Shown here: positions 10,361 through 20,776 of the stretch, piece after piece | Numbering within the stretch: position 1 is the first letter of the stretch | Layout of the letters: every line of letters begins with the position of its first letter | NCBI GenBank assembly: GCA_965212015.1 | Contig: OZ243037.1 | Span: 32,001 to 96,000 of the forward strand | Source: Cenarchaeum sp. | GTDB lineage: Archaea > Thermoproteota > Nitrososphaeria > Nitrososphaerales > Nitrosopumilaceae | Length of the DNA: 64,000 nucleotides | Direction of reading: 5' to 3' | The notes under the pieces: model-generated | Database searches by the model: none | What the model was told of the DNA's origin: nothing | What the model saw: only the letters and a program-made list of their open reading frames with translations | Translations under genes and position numbers: made by a program

Positions 10361-12553
10361 ATGGCAAAGTTCAAGTCGACCGAACAGGTCCTCAAGATAA
10401 TCAAAAACAAGGATCAGATTAGAAACTTTGGAGTCATTGCGCACGTGGATCACGGCAAGACCACCATGAGCGACAGCTTACTGGCGCACTCTGGGATAAT
10501 CGCGCCGTCAGCTGCGGGTTCCGCGCTTGCAATGGATTTTGACAAGGAAGAGCAAGAGCGGGGAATTACCATATACCAGGCAAACGTTACCCTACATTAC
10601 ACGCAAAAGGACAGGGAATACGTCATCAACATGATAGACACCCCGGGCCACGTGGATTTCAGCGGCAGGGTGATACGGAGCTTGCGCGCAATCGACGGGG
10701 CAGTCGTGGTGTGCGACGCAGTCGAGGGAATAATGACGCAGACCGAAACGGTCACCAGGATGGCACTAGAGGAGCGCGTAAAGCCGGTGCTGTTCATCAA
10801 CAAGGTGGACAGGCTCATCAAGGAGCTGCGCCTGACACCTGAAAAGATGCAAGAGACGCTTGCATCGGTGGTCTCCAACTTTAACCAGCTGCTAGACACG
10901 TACGCCGAGGAGGAATACAAGGACAAGTGGAAGGTGTCCATCCAGGAGGCCAGCGTCACGTTCGGCTCTGCAAAGGACAGGTGGGCGATAAACGTGGACG
11001 CAATGAAGGAAAAGGGAATAACATTCAAGGACGTAATTGACGCATATACCGAGGGCAAGATCGACGGTCTGGTCGAAAAGGCCCCGCTTGCCGATGCCGT
11101 ACTGGGAATGGTGGTAAAGCACCATCCGCCCCCGCACGAGGCGCAGATATACCGGATACCGAAGATCTGGCACGGCGACTTGGATTCGGACATCGGCAAG
11201 GCCCTGCTGGCATGCAAGGACGACGGCCCCACCATAATGATGGTGGTAAACATGGTGCTAGACAAGGCCGCCGGACCCGTCGCCATAGGCAGGCTGTTCT
11301 CCGGGGTAATCCGGGACGGGCAGACCATAAACATAATCGACGCCAAGCGCCAGGGAAGGATACAGTCGGTGAACTTTTTCATGGGAAACCAGAGGGAACA
11401 GGTGGGCGAGCTCGGCGCCGGAAACATTCCTGCGCTGATGGGGCTGACTGAATCGCGCGCCGGAAACACCCTGTCGTCGGTGGGGGGCATCAAGGTCTTT
11501 GAGGGGGTCAACTATGTCTCCGAGCCCGTAGTCCAGGTGGCAGTGGAGCCAAAGCATCCAAAGGACCTGCCAAAGCTAGTAGAGGTGCTCAAGCAGCTGA
11601 CCATCGAGGATCCCAATTTGGTGGTAAAGATCGACGAGGAGAGCGGCGAGACCATAGTGGCCGGCATGGGCGTGCTGCATCTTGATGTTGCGACGCACCG
11701 AATCCAGGACGCAAAGGTGGACATTATCACGTCTGAGCCGCTCATCAACTATCGCGAGACGGTAAGGCAGGGCTGCGAGCCTGTCATGTCAAAGTCGCCA
11801 AACCGGCACAACAAGATATTCATGAAGGTAGAGCCGCTAGAGCCAAAGATAGGCGACATGCTCCGCTCGGGACAGATAAGCGAGATGAAGGACAAAAAGG
11901 AAATGGCCGAGCTGCTCAAGGCGCAGGGATGGGACAACGACACCGTAAAGCGCGTAATGAAGCTAGACTCGCGCGGCAATGTAATGATCAACGGCACCAA
12001 GGGCGTGCAGTTCGTACAGGAGAGCACGGATTCCATAAACTCTGGATTCGACGACGTGATGAAGGAGGGCCCGATGTGCAGGGAGCAGATGAGGGACTGC
12101 AAGTTTACATTTACGCACTTTGTTCCGCACGAGGACACCGCGCACCGGGGCCTCTCGCAGCTGGGTCCGGCATCCAGGCGCGCGTGCATGGGCGCGCTGC
12201 TTACCGCCGGAACGTCGCTGCTAGAGCCGATTCTTGCAATCGAGGTAAGGGTTCCGACTGACATGGTGGGAAACGTGGCAACTGTCCTTTCCGGAAAGCG
12301 CGGCAAGGTGCTAGACATGGTGCAAAAGGGCGCAATGAGCATAGTGACCGGCGAGATTCCCGCATCGGAGACCTTTTCGCTGTCCGAAGACATGAGGGGG
12401 CAGACGGCGGGCAAGGCAATGTGGAACTCGCACTTTAAACAGTGGGCCGAGGTTCCAAAGTCCAGGCTGGCCGATGCCATAGCGGACATAAGAAAGAGAA
12501 AGGGGCTTGCCGAGGATCCTCCCGGAATCGGCGAGTTCATAGACAGGGAATAA
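10361..12553 (+). CDS. fusA: Archaeal elongation factor EF-2
   Basis: AHVDHGKTT, RGITI, DTPGHVDF, NKVD; HEDTAHRG diphthamide loop. Confidence 0.98.
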   Translation: MAKFKSTEQVLKIIKNKDQIRNFGVIAHVDHGKTTMSDSLLAHSGIIAPSAAGSALAMDFDKEEQERGITIYQANVTLHYTQKDREYVINMIDTPGHVDFSGRVIRSLRAIDGAVVVCDAVEGIMTQTETVTRMALEERVKPVLFINKVDRLIKELRLTPEKMQETLASVVSNFNQLLDTYAEEEYKDKWKVSIQEASVTFGSAKDRWAINVDAMKEKGITFKDVIDAYTEGKIDGLVEKAPLADAVLGMVVKHHPPPHEAQIYRIPKIWHGDLDSDIGKALLACKDDGPTIMMVVNMVLDKAAGPVAIGRLFSGVIRDGQTINIIDAKRQGRIQSVNFFMGNQREQVGELGAGNIPALMGLTESRAGNTLSSVGGIKVFEGVNYVSEPVVQVAVEPKHPKDLPKLVEVLKQLTIEDPNLVVKIDEESGETIVAGMGVLHLDVATHRIQDAKVDIITSEPLINYRETVRQGCEPVMSKSPNRHNKIFMKVEPLEPKIGDMLRSGQISEMKDKKEMAELLKAQGWDNDTVKRVMKLDSRGNVMINGTKGVQFVQESTDSINSGFDDVMKEGPMCREQMRDCKFTFTHFVPHEDTAHRGLSQLGPASRRACMGALLTAGTSLLEPILAIEVRVPTDMVGNVATVLSGKRGKVLDMVQKGAMSIVTGEIPASETFSLSEDMRGQTAGKAMWNSHFKQWAEVPKSRLADAIADIRKRKGLAEDPPGIGEFIDRE

Positions 12554-12557
12554 CTAG

Positions 12558-13133
12558 TCAGACCCGAATCCAGCCCGTCTGTATTATTCTGCGGTCCTCT
12601 GCCTCCCCCGTGCCGGTGGCGTACCTCCACACCTGCCCGTCTGCCTGCATCTTTGCCTTAATCTCCGAGATTGCGGCAATCTCAGAATCCAGGTTCGAGC
12701 CGGCGCTGCCGCACTCGCGGCAAAACGTGCACTTGGAGTCCAGCTCTAGCGGATCTGACTCTATCACGGGGTACGCCCTGCACGCAAGCGGCCTCTCATT
12801 GTATATCATGCACGTAAAGCCGTTGTGCGGCGATCTTTTGGGGCTGTCCGTGTCCAAAAACGGGCACACGTCTCCGTTTTGCTGCCTTCCCATCATCTGG
12901 TATGCAAGAATTTTTTCGGGTCCTGCGGCACCCGCATCTGACAGGCCGATTCTTGGCAGTATCGTGACTTTGATTTTTCTGTCGCCTGCCATCTTTTCTA
13001 TCCTGTTTTTCTCCCCGGGCAGTATCAGCACCCCTATCTTGCCGAATCTCTTGCTCGGATAGTACTCCCTTTTTATGCAGCACTCCGAGCAGTCCCTGAC
13101 GCACTCGAATTTGCGGATCACCGGTTGCTCCAC
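12558..13133 (-). CDS. YkgJ-family Fe-S/Zn cysteine cluster protein
   Basis: FECxxxCxxCC...CPFL...CMIYNERPLACRAYP. Confidence 0.9.
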   Translation of the reverse strand: MEQPVIRKFECVRDCSECCIKREYYPSKRFGKIGVLILPGEKNRIEKMAGDRKIKVTILPRIGLSDAGAAGPEKILAYQMMGRQQNGDVCPFLDTDSPKRSPHNGFTCMIYNERPLACRAYPVIESDPLELDSKCTFCRECGSAGSNLDSEIAAISEIKAKMQADGQVWRYATGTGEAEDRRIIQTGWIRV

Positions 13134-13291
13134 CTGTCCTTGTTGAACATTACAAAGCTTGCCATAAAGACTGCCAGCATTGCAATGCCGGTGACGTATG
13201 CGAAAAGATCCTGGGGATCATTGTAGTGCATGGCAAGCGTGGCGACTAGCAAGACAACACCCAAGAACATGAGCATCCTGTGAAGCTCCAT
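13118..13291 (-). CDS. Small two-helix membrane protein
   Basis: MELHRMLMFLGVVLLVATLAM...YVTGIAMLAVFMASFVMF; overlaps the downstream gene. Confidence 0.65.
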   Translation of the reverse strand: MELHRMLMFLGVVLLVATLAMHYNDPQDLFAYVTGIAMLAVFMASFVMFNKDRWSNR

Positions 13292-14065
13292 ACGCCTAAT
13301 CCGCACGTGATCCTATTTACCGTTTGGCATTTGACGAATTGGGATGTTTGGATCCGCCGGCACGGGCCCTGCTGCGGTAGTATAGTTAAATGTGTGGCGT
13401 TTTGGTTTTTTTGCATGTCCCTAAAACCGCTCGTCCTGCCTGCCGGCGGAATTTTTTTGCTGGTTCTGGGCGCATTTTTTCGCTTGTGGAGCACAATGTG
13501 GGATCTGTTCCGTACTTTACGTACGGGTGCGTGTTTGAAACTGCGGACTTGTGGCCCATCACGGCAGGGGCATCGGGACCGGGTCGTGCTATTACAACAT
13601 TTCACTTTTCGTAATCATACTATGCATTCTAGGTGCCGGTGCGTTTTTGGCGTTTAGCGGGCTCAAAAACCGCAATCCCGACAGGTGCACACCGGTGCAC
13701 ACAGCCGCTGACGCTGCGGCCTCCGGCGGCGTCATACCGGTGATGATCCTTGCCGTACTTGTGCCAATAGCGGAATGCCGGGCGGGGGGGCCGGTGCCTG
13801 TATGAGGACGAGCCGTATCCGGTGCGGTATTCGCCAGAGTTCTTTGAGGGGCTTTTCGGGGATAAATACGATGGCGGCGAGTTTACCATTGCAGACATGG
13901 TGGACATGATGTACCGGAGCGATTAACGAGACAAGGGAGTTTCTTGTGGAGCGCATAAAGCTGCCAGGGAACAGGGTGGACCATCTGCACAATGCCGGCC
14001 CCTGAATCCGGCCGGATGATTCGGGGATGGATGCGCTAGAGAAAACTTTGTAATTTCACGCGTCA

Positions 14066-14443
14066 CTAAACCAGCACTGCGTTGACGATTCCGTCCTGGC
14101 CGGGTCTTGAGACCACCCTGCATTTTCCGTCCGGCGTCTCTAGTATGGCCCCCTTTGTAATAATGCCGCGCCTCTGATAGTCGTTGTTGGTGGGGTTTTC
14201 CAAAACCTTGATGATCTTTGTCTTTTTGACCTTGGCGCCGGCGCCGGCCAAATTTGCAAAGTCGATGGTCTTTAGCGCCGTTTTCTGGTTCTTTCCGCGA
14301 ACGTTTCTTGTTACGGTCTCTTGCGCCGCAGTCAGTGCCTCGTTTGGATACCTGTCAATCTCGTATTTTCTCCTGATTCGCAGCGGGTGGCGCCTGCCGC
14401 CTGTAAGCTTGCTGGTTGCAAGGTTTTCTACTGATTTTCGCAC
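14066..14443 (-). CDS. rps8e: 30S ribosomal protein S8e
   Basis: TGGR...RKYE, VRGKN, ITKGAIL, SRPGQDGIVNAVL. Confidence 0.95.
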   Translation of the reverse strand: MRKSVENLATSKLTGGRRHPLRIRRKYEIDRYPNEALTAAQETVTRNVRGKNQKTALKTIDFANLAGAGAKVKKTKIIKVLENPTNNDYQRRGIITKGAILETPDGKCRVVSRPGQDGIVNAVLV

Positions 14444-14485
14444 GCCACATGTCCTGTGCGCTCTAATTTATACAAACCTACTGCG

Positions 14486-15031
14486 TCACGCCGCCTGTCT
14501 CTGGGAGGTCTTTCTGACCTTGTCGAACAGCTTTTGCCTCAGCGTGTCGTGATCCCCCTGTATGCCGAAATATTTCTGGAACTTTTCGGTGGTGGTGTAA
14601 ATTTTCAGCCTGCCTACGTTCTGGTTTGAGATATAGTCAAGCTGTCTGAGCTCCTTTAGGTGGGCATACACGCCTGACCCCCTCGTCTCCACAAGCTCCC
14701 TTGATGAGATGGGCTGCTTGTACGCTATATACGACAGGGTCTTTAGCGTGGCCTTTGGCAGTATGGGCTTTGATGCGTATCTCCTGACTATGTTGCTGTA
14801 TTCTGGCTTTAGTTGAAACACGTACGAGCCGTCGGGAAGCGCGGCTATCTCTATGGACCTGAAGGCCGATTTCGTCTTTTTCATTATGGCCAGCAGCAGC
14901 TCTGCTGTCTTTGTGCGCGATTCGGTGCCTGATGCGCGGATTAACTCCTCTATGGTAAGCGGCCTTCCGGCAGAGTACAGCGACGCCTCGATTCTCGCCG
15001 CCGCCTCCTTTTCATCGTCTATTCTGGCCAT
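14486..15031 (-). CDS. scpB: SMC-Scp complex subunit ScpB
   Basis: IEASLYSAGRPL, TLSYIAYKQPIS, YTTTEKFQKYFG. Confidence 0.93.
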   Translation of the reverse strand: MARIDDEKEAAARIEASLYSAGRPLTIEELIRASGTESRTKTAELLLAIMKKTKSAFRSIEIAALPDGSYVFQLKPEYSNIVRRYASKPILPKATLKTLSYIAYKQPISSRELVETRGSGVYAHLKELRQLDYISNQNVGRLKIYTTTEKFQKYFGIQGDHDTLRQKLFDKVRKTSQRQAA

Positions 15032-15082
15032 GACCCGGTCTTACTCAGGCGCAATTAAAATGAGCCCCCCCTGCTCCTTTGA

Positions 15083-15745
15083 TCATGTCGTCAAGTTATC
15101 CTTCAGCGTGACCCTAATGTCGTCGCCTGCCTGCTCGATGTCGATTTTATTGTCCATTGCCAGGAACAGCACTGCAAAAAAGCACCTTATGGAGTCGATG
15201 GGGCCCAGCTCCCTCACTATATGGTTTAAAAACCCGAATCCCGCGCCTTTGATCTTTCTGACTATGAGATCCTCGTATTTTCCAATAATGTTCTCCAGCG
15301 GTATTACGTAATCGGTGAGGCTCGGGGGATCCAGCGGCTCAAAGGCTGATCGCTTGCGGCTGTTTTTGGGGTTGGCAAGCGAGCCTATCAGGTTCTCTAG
15401 CAGCCCTAGCAGCTCATCGAGGGTGACAGGATAGGTGGATTCGTGCCTGTACGGGATGTCGATCAGCTCGATGTTTATGTCGGATCTCTGCGTGAGGGGC
15501 TTTTTCTCCATTGCCAGCTTTTGCAGGGCAAATATGCTCTCGACTTTCATCCTGTAAATCAGCGACGATGACAGCGCGGCCATTCCTGCGACCCTCAGAT
15601 CCTTTCTTCCGGATCTCTCCAGAATCCTGACAAGCATGTCGAGTATCTTTATCAGATCAATCTCCCAGACGTCCCTTTTTGGTATGGTGGAGGGGTTAAA
15701 CAGAATGTTTACGGGCTCGTGCGACAATCCCTGCGTCTCGTCCAT
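15083..15745 (-). CDS. scpA: Segregation/condensation protein ScpA
   Basis: DVWEIDL...AALSSSLIYRMKVE...FFAVLFLA; adjacent to scpB; start at MDETQG. Confidence 0.85.
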   Translation of the reverse strand: MDETQGLSHEPVNILFNPSTIPKRDVWEIDLIKILDMLVRILERSGRKDLRVAGMAALSSSLIYRMKVESIFALQKLAMEKKPLTQRSDINIELIDIPYRHESTYPVTLDELLGLLENLIGSLANPKNSRKRSAFEPLDPPSLTDYVIPLENIIGKYEDLIVRKIKGAGFGFLNHIVRELGPIDSIRCFFAVLFLAMDNKIDIEQAGDDIRVTLKDNLTT

Positions 15746-15839
15746 ACCATTGGTTTTTCTGGCAAGATAATATTTAGGTGCTCTACTTTTTTGTTCCTTC
15801 CAGTCAACTCTTATATTATAACGCCCGGAATCATACCCG

Positions 15840-16898
15840 TTGAAGGCGGCAAGAATAGTGGAGCCCAAAAAACCACTGCAAATCTCCGAGATCGACTCCC
15901 CGGTGCCGCAGGGTGCAGAGGTAGTCGTTGGCGTAAAATCCGCAGGCGTATGTCACAGCGACTTGCACCTGTGGGAGGGCGGCTACGATCTGGGAGACGG
16001 GTTTCTCAAGGTTACCGACAGGGGCGTAAAATACCCCGTAACGCCGGGCCATGAAATCGCCGGCACCGTCTCTGCGATGGGCCCCGACGTCGCAGGTCTG
16101 GCAATCGGCGACTCGGTACTGGTCTATCCGTGGCTTGGCTGCGGCCGGTGCCCCACGTGCGAGGCAGGAGACGAGAATCTGTGCGACACCCCAAAATCAA
16201 TCGGCCTGTTCCGGGACGGGGGGTATGCAGAGTATGTAAAAATACCAAACTACAAGTATCTGGCAAAAATCGGCAGTCTGGACCCTGATAGCGCCACGTC
16301 GATTGCGTGCGCGGGACTCACCGCGTACAGCGCGGTAAAAAAGGCAAACGCCAGCTCGCCTGCATCCATAGTGGTGATCGGCGCCGGCGGCCTGGGGCTG
16401 ATGTGCATCCAGATCGCCAAGGCAGTAACGTCTGCCAGGATAATCTGCGTAGATCTTGACGAGAACAAGCTTGCAATTGCGCAAGAGATGGGTGCTGATT
16501 TTGTCGTAAACTCTGGCGCAGACGGCCCAGAGGGCACGGTGCAAAAAATCATCGCGCTGTGCGACGGCAAGGGCGCCGACAGCGTCATTGACTTTGTCAA
16601 CGCGCCACAGACTGCAAGGACCGGCCTGTCGATTCTCCGAAAGCGGGGACAGCTAATACTAGTCGGCCTGTTTGGCGGCAAGCTCGACATTTCCCTGGTC
16701 ACAATCCCGCTGAAATCCATCACCATACGGGGGGCATACACGGGAAACTATGCCGACATGGTGGAGCTAATCGAGCTTGCCAAAAAGGGCACGATAAACC
16801 CCAGAATCACAAGGCATTATTCGCTTGATGACGCAAACAGCGCGTTTGACGATCTGCGGGAAAGAAGGATCAACGGACGGGCCGTAATAAACCCGTGA
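15840..16898 (+). CDS. Zinc-dependent alcohol dehydrogenase
   Basis: GVCHSDLH, GHEIAG, CGRCPTC...C, GAGGLG. Confidence 0.95.
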   Translation: MKAARIVEPKKPLQISEIDSPVPQGAEVVVGVKSAGVCHSDLHLWEGGYDLGDGFLKVTDRGVKYPVTPGHEIAGTVSAMGPDVAGLAIGDSVLVYPWLGCGRCPTCEAGDENLCDTPKSIGLFRDGGYAEYVKIPNYKYLAKIGSLDPDSATSIACAGLTAYSAVKKANASSPASIVVIGAGGLGLMCIQIAKAVTSARIICVDLDENKLAIAQEMGADFVVNSGADGPEGTVQKIIALCDGKGADSVIDFVNAPQTARTGLSILRKRGQLILVGLFGGKLDISLVTIPLKSITIRGAYTGNYADMVELIELAKKGTINPRITRHYSLDDANSAFDDLRERRINGRAVINP

Positions 16899-16909
16899 AA
16901 AAATAATCC

Positions 16910-17074
16910 CTAAAAGACTGCCACGTCGCCCGGCGTCGGCCCGCGCTCCTTGCTGTGCTCTGCGGAATCCCTGTGGCGCGTTTTCTGGTGCTCTGCGAGC
17001 TCTTGCATGTCCGCAAAGCCCTCGTGGCAGACATAGCACTTTGGCTTGTCCTCGTCGGCAAGTGGTAGTACCAT
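16910..17074 (-). CDS. Small C2H2 zinc-finger protein (54 aa)
   Basis: Hand translation MVLPLADEDKPKCYVCHEGFADMQELAEHQKTRH...PGDVAVF with C-x2-C-x12-H-x4-H; below the ORF-track cutoff. Confidence 0.8.
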   Translation of the reverse strand: MVLPLADEDKPKCYVCHEGFADMQELAEHQKTRHRDSAEHSKERGPTPGDVAVF

Positions 17075-17099
17075 GGATGCCCGTCATTCCGCCGGATAA

Positions 17100-17278
17100 T
17101 TAATTTTTTGCATTCTGACCCGACACATCTGCATCATTTGTAGCGTTCATCTTTGCCTGCCATTCGCGTATCGCTTTTTGAAACTCTGGAGCAAGACTGT
17201 CTATCTGATCCGGGCTAATGGGTCCCTCACATGGTGAGGGATTCAAAGTTTCCAATCGTGATTCCGATCCATACCCTG
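17100..17278 (-). pseudogene. 3' remnant of a gene cut off at the IS end
   Basis: Protein-like reading frame (...PDQIDSLAPEFQKAIREWQAKM...) whose only start lies inside the IS terminal repeat. Confidence 0.45.
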
Positions 17279-18330
17279 TGCTCTGTGTCACAACTCCCTT
17301 ACCTCATATCGTGATCCTCCCACCCGTGCCAGAGCAATCCAACCCACACCGGTATGACGTCATGCGGCCAGCACCATCCTGTTGTATATGGCCATCTTTA
17401 GTGCCATCTCGTGCATCATGTTCTCTTTTTTGTGTGCCATGACTGATTCTCCGAACATTCTCTTTATTGCAGAGAATAACGATTCAACAAGCCATCGTTT
17501 TCCATATCCGGAGGATTTCTTCCATTCCGAATAGTCGTGTTTTTGAATCCTGACTGCCATCCGGCGCGGATATGACGGCGTGTCAGATCTTGAATTTTTT
17601 CTGACGGGTACTGCCAGTTTAATATTATTGTAATACATGTCGTCAAATATCACTCTGGAATCATACGCGCCGTCTGCCAGCACACATCTCTGCATTGCTG
17701 TGACTGCTCTACCAGTTCTGTAAAATGATTTGAATCATGCGAGCTTTCATCCGTAGTTACAAATCCCGTTGTCTTTCCGGAATCTACGTTAATGGCGGCG
17801 TGTATTTTTATGAATCCCTTTCTTGTCACGCCATGTTTTTCTCGCATCCAGTCGCCCCTGTTTGTTACTTTTATTCCCGTGCTGTCTATTGCAATTACAA
17901 TTGTACCGTGTGTCTTTCTGTCTGTGGTAAGATCTAAATCCAGGTTGTTGATCCGTTTGCAGATGGTAGAATATGATGGCACTGTTGTATGCATTCCAAA
18001 CAACGATTCTGCAAGGCCCTATGTCTGTCTGTATGGCAGTCTAAAGTAGAGATGAATGTATGCCAGAACGGTAATCATTTCATCAGAATATAGGAATCTG
18101 CGTCCCGTCTTTCCCTTGTTCATCCTATTCCGATCTCTCTCGAATGATTTCAGGACACGTTTGTCGATGTGGATGACTCCGCGGTCCCTTAACCTGCAGT
18201 CATAATCCGAATTTTTACCCACGGTGTGGTCGTGTAGTCATGATCTAAAGCTTTTTGGGTTGGATTATGTGGACAGGCAGCCTAGATTAGTTTACGCTGG
18301 AAAAAATTAGGCAGCTTGTGACACAGAGCA
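17279..18330 (-). mobile_element. IS5-family insertion sequence, copy 1 (transposase disrupted)
   Basis: 15-bp TIRs TGCTCTGTGTCACAA / TTGTGACACAGAGCA. DDE motifs IAIDSTGIK, KIHAA, LADGAYD, GYGKRWLVESLFSAIKRMFG. In-frame TAG at 18019 and a frameshift near 17690. Confidence 0.93.
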
Positions 18331-18552
18331 GAACTGGACGTAAAAGACTGAGTTAAAATCAGGGGCAGATTCCGTGCGGCCTGCACGACTCGAGAATCCC
18401 CGGCTTTTGCCGGACATGGACGGCCAGGCACTTTTGAGTGTGCCTGTGCGGGCCTGCCAGCTTAAAGAAATCAAACCCTGTTAACTATATTTTCTGACCC
18501 TGCCTGAAAAAATGCAACAAAACCATACCTTCCTGTGAGCGGACAGGAATTG

Positions 18553-18693
18553 ATGCCAGTCAACAAGAAATTCTACTCGGACTGTAACGCGTATTTTGAC
18601 TATCTGCGAAGGCGCAGAAAAAACGACTTTGGCTTTGAGGACGAGTTCTATTATACAATGCCCGCAGTCTCTTCAAAATCCGCCCTGGACTAG
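18553..18693 (+). CDS. Small hypothetical protein (46 aa)
   Basis: MPVNKKFYSDCNAYFDYLRRRRKNDFGFEDEFYYTMPAVSS; resembles small proteins I recall from Nitrosopumilaceae (unverified). Confidence 0.65.
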   Translation: MPVNKKFYSDCNAYFDYLRRRRKNDFGFEDEFYYTMPAVSSKSALD

Positions 18694-18961
18694 TTCGCCG
18701 CAAGATTTGGGGGCAGTCAGGAGGATGCTGCGAGTCTGGCAGGCGTACCAGTTGCATTATCTCAGGACATGGGATGCGCATATTGTAATGTGCGCGCAGA
18801 GCACTGGGAGGCAGCATGGACGCGCGCGGCGATCTCACAGCAAGGCCTATTACAAGCTGCGGCAAAGGCGATCCCATGCAGCCGATGACGGGAAACGGCG
18901 GGCCGACAATCCGGGGCACCGCCACGGTAAAGGGCGCGGGGGCAGGCTGAGCATTCTGTCA

Positions 18962-19501
18962 TTGCAGGACATAGCCGGCGCAGTATCCGGATGCACAAAA
19001 TGCAGGCTGTGCGAATCGCGCACCAATGCAGTACCAGGAAAGGGCGGCGCGGCATCAAGGATAGTGTTTGTCGGCGAGGCGCCGGGAAGAAGCGAGGATC
19101 TGCGCGGGGAGCCGTTTGTCGGCGCCGCAGGCAAGAGGCTCACCGAGGCCCTCGAGTGCGCGGGAATATCGAGGGAATCCGTATACATTACAAACATTGT
19201 AAAGTGCCGCCCCCCCGGCAACAGGGTCCCTACTGCAGGCGAGGAGGAGAGCTGCTCGGCGTACCTGGAATCGGAAATCTCACTTGTCGACCCGAGAATA
19301 ATATGCGTAATGGGAAACACCGCCTTCAAGTCGCTGCTAGACGGCGACGGCATAACCCGGCACCGCGGCACGCTGGTGAAAAAAGACGGGCGGGACTATT
19401 TTGTCACGATACACCCTGCTGCCACGATATACAACCGGGACCTGTTTCCCGTCCTCAAACAGGACATGATAAAGCTCGCAGGACTGGCGTCGCTGCCGTG
19501 A
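18962..19501 (+). CDS. udg: Uracil-DNA glycosylase family 4
   Basis: CTKCRLC, VGEAPG, PFVGAAG, YITNIVKCRPP, HPA; start uncertain (TTG 18962). Confidence 0.92.
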   Translation: MQDIAGAVSGCTKCRLCESRTNAVPGKGGAASRIVFVGEAPGRSEDLRGEPFVGAAGKRLTEALECAGISRESVYITNIVKCRPPGNRVPTAGEEESCSAYLESEISLVDPRIICVMGNTAFKSLLDGDGITRHRGTLVKKDGRDYFVTIHPAATIYNRDLFPVLKQDMIKLAGLASLP

Positions 19502-20055
19502 CGCCGCTTCCAGAGTCGTTTTACAGTAGGGGCACTATTACAGTGGCAAGGGACCTGCTGGGAAAGACCCTGGTCCGAAGGCTCGGGGACGCTACGCTTA
19601 CCGGGATAATCACAGAGACTGAGGCGTACGGATACTCTGATGATCCGGCAAGCCACGCCTTTGGGGGAATGACGCAAAGAAACAGGGCGATGTTTGGCGC
19701 GGTGGGCAGGTCGTACGTCTATTTTACATACGGCATGCACTATTGCGCCAACATTGTGGCCAGGGGCAAAAGATCCTCTGCCGGCGCGGTGCTGATTCGC
19801 GCCATGGCGCCGCAAGACGGCCTCGCGCGCATGATGAAAAACAGGAAAAAAAACACAACAGACAACCTGACTGACGGCCCGGCAAAGATAACGCAGGCGC
19901 TGCAGATATCAAAGAAACAGTACGGCCTTGACCTTACAAAACCAGGAGAGCTGTTCGTAGCAGACGGGATGCGCAGGACGCAGATTGTCTCCTCGCCGAG
20001 AGTCGGCATCAAAAGGGGCGTACAAAAGCGGTGGAATTTCAAGATGACGGCATAA
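19498..20055 (+). CDS. mpg: 3-methyladenine DNA glycosylase (MPG/AAG family)
   Basis: VARDLLGK, ITETEAY, DPASH, YVYFTYGMHYC, AVLIRA, GPAKITQAL, PRVGI. Confidence 0.93.
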   Translation: MTPLPESFYSRGTITVARDLLGKTLVRRLGDATLTGIITETEAYGYSDDPASHAFGGMTQRNRAMFGAVGRSYVYFTYGMHYCANIVARGKRSSAGAVLIRAMAPQDGLARMMKNRKKNTTDNLTDGPAKITQALQISKKQYGLDLTKPGELFVADGMRRTQIVSSPRVGIKRGVQKRWNFKMTA

Positions 20056-20688
20056 TTATTTGGGATCGTCATCCAGCGTCCACGGCGCGGCCCTGCCGAG
20101 TATCTTTTCCCAGTCCAGCCTGAGCATCAGTATTACTACTGCCGTAAGCATTACGCCAAAGGCCACTATGCCGATGTATATCGGAGTAGTGTCCTCAATG
20201 TCCTCAAGAAAGGGATCAATCAGCGACAGGCCCAAAAAGTGCGAGACGAGCACTATCACATAGTGCAGGATTAGCTTGCCGCTCAGCGTGGCCACAAAAA
20301 AGCGCCTGGGGTCGTATTTTGCCAGCCCCAGCGGGACGTACACCAGGTCGTCGGGAATCGGGGTGGCCGCCGCCACAAAGGCGGCGCCTGCGCCGTACCG
20401 CTTTACCAGCCTCTGAAACGGCATCATTCTCTGGCGCGATTTTTTGCCTATTATCCTTCTTCCCTGATAGCTTGCGTAAAAGATGATCTGCTTTGCCACG
20501 GTGGCCAGCAGCGCAGAGGAGACGGCCAGTATGTGTATGTCAAACTGGTCGCCCACTGCCATCGTGGCCAGCAGCAAAAACGAGGGAACCGGAACAAACG
20601 GTATGAGGGAGCCAAAAAAGCTCACCAGCCCCAGCCCCAGATATCCCACCTCCGGGGCAAAGGGAAACAGATCCGTAAAATCCAACAA
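20056..20688 (-). CDS. DedA/VTT-family membrane protein
   Basis: Hydrophobic; FVAAATPIPDDLVYVPLG motif. Confidence 0.8.
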   Translation of the reverse strand: MLDFTDLFPFAPEVGYLGLGLVSFFGSLIPFVPVPSFLLLATMAVGDQFDIHILAVSSALLATVAKQIIFYASYQGRRIIGKKSRQRMMPFQRLVKRYGAGAAFVAAATPIPDDLVYVPLGLAKYDPRRFFVATLSGKLILHYVIVLVSHFLGLSLIDPFLEDIEDTTPIYIGIVAFGVMLTAVVILMLRLDWEKILGRAAPWTLDDDPK

Positions 20689-20776
20689 TTATTTTACTGG
20701 CCGGCATTATTTAACTAAACCCCGAGGCCGGGCCTTGTAATCATTAAAATATCAAGGCCGCCTGACGTAGCGTGTC

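Noticed and set aside
10597-12630. Long antisense ORFs over EF-2 (likewise over uvrA, secY, leuA and the giant gene)
   Set aside because: Shadow ORFs caused by codon bias in GC-rich genes; no recognisable motifs.
13390-14040. Fragments of a possible membrane-protein gene
   Set aside because: Protein-like patches occur in different frames but no family is recognisable; too degraded to call.
18596-20055. Apparent long N-terminal extensions or fusion of UDG and MPG
   Set aside because: The extensions are Arg-rich off-frame sequence; the real domains begin near 18962 and 19498.
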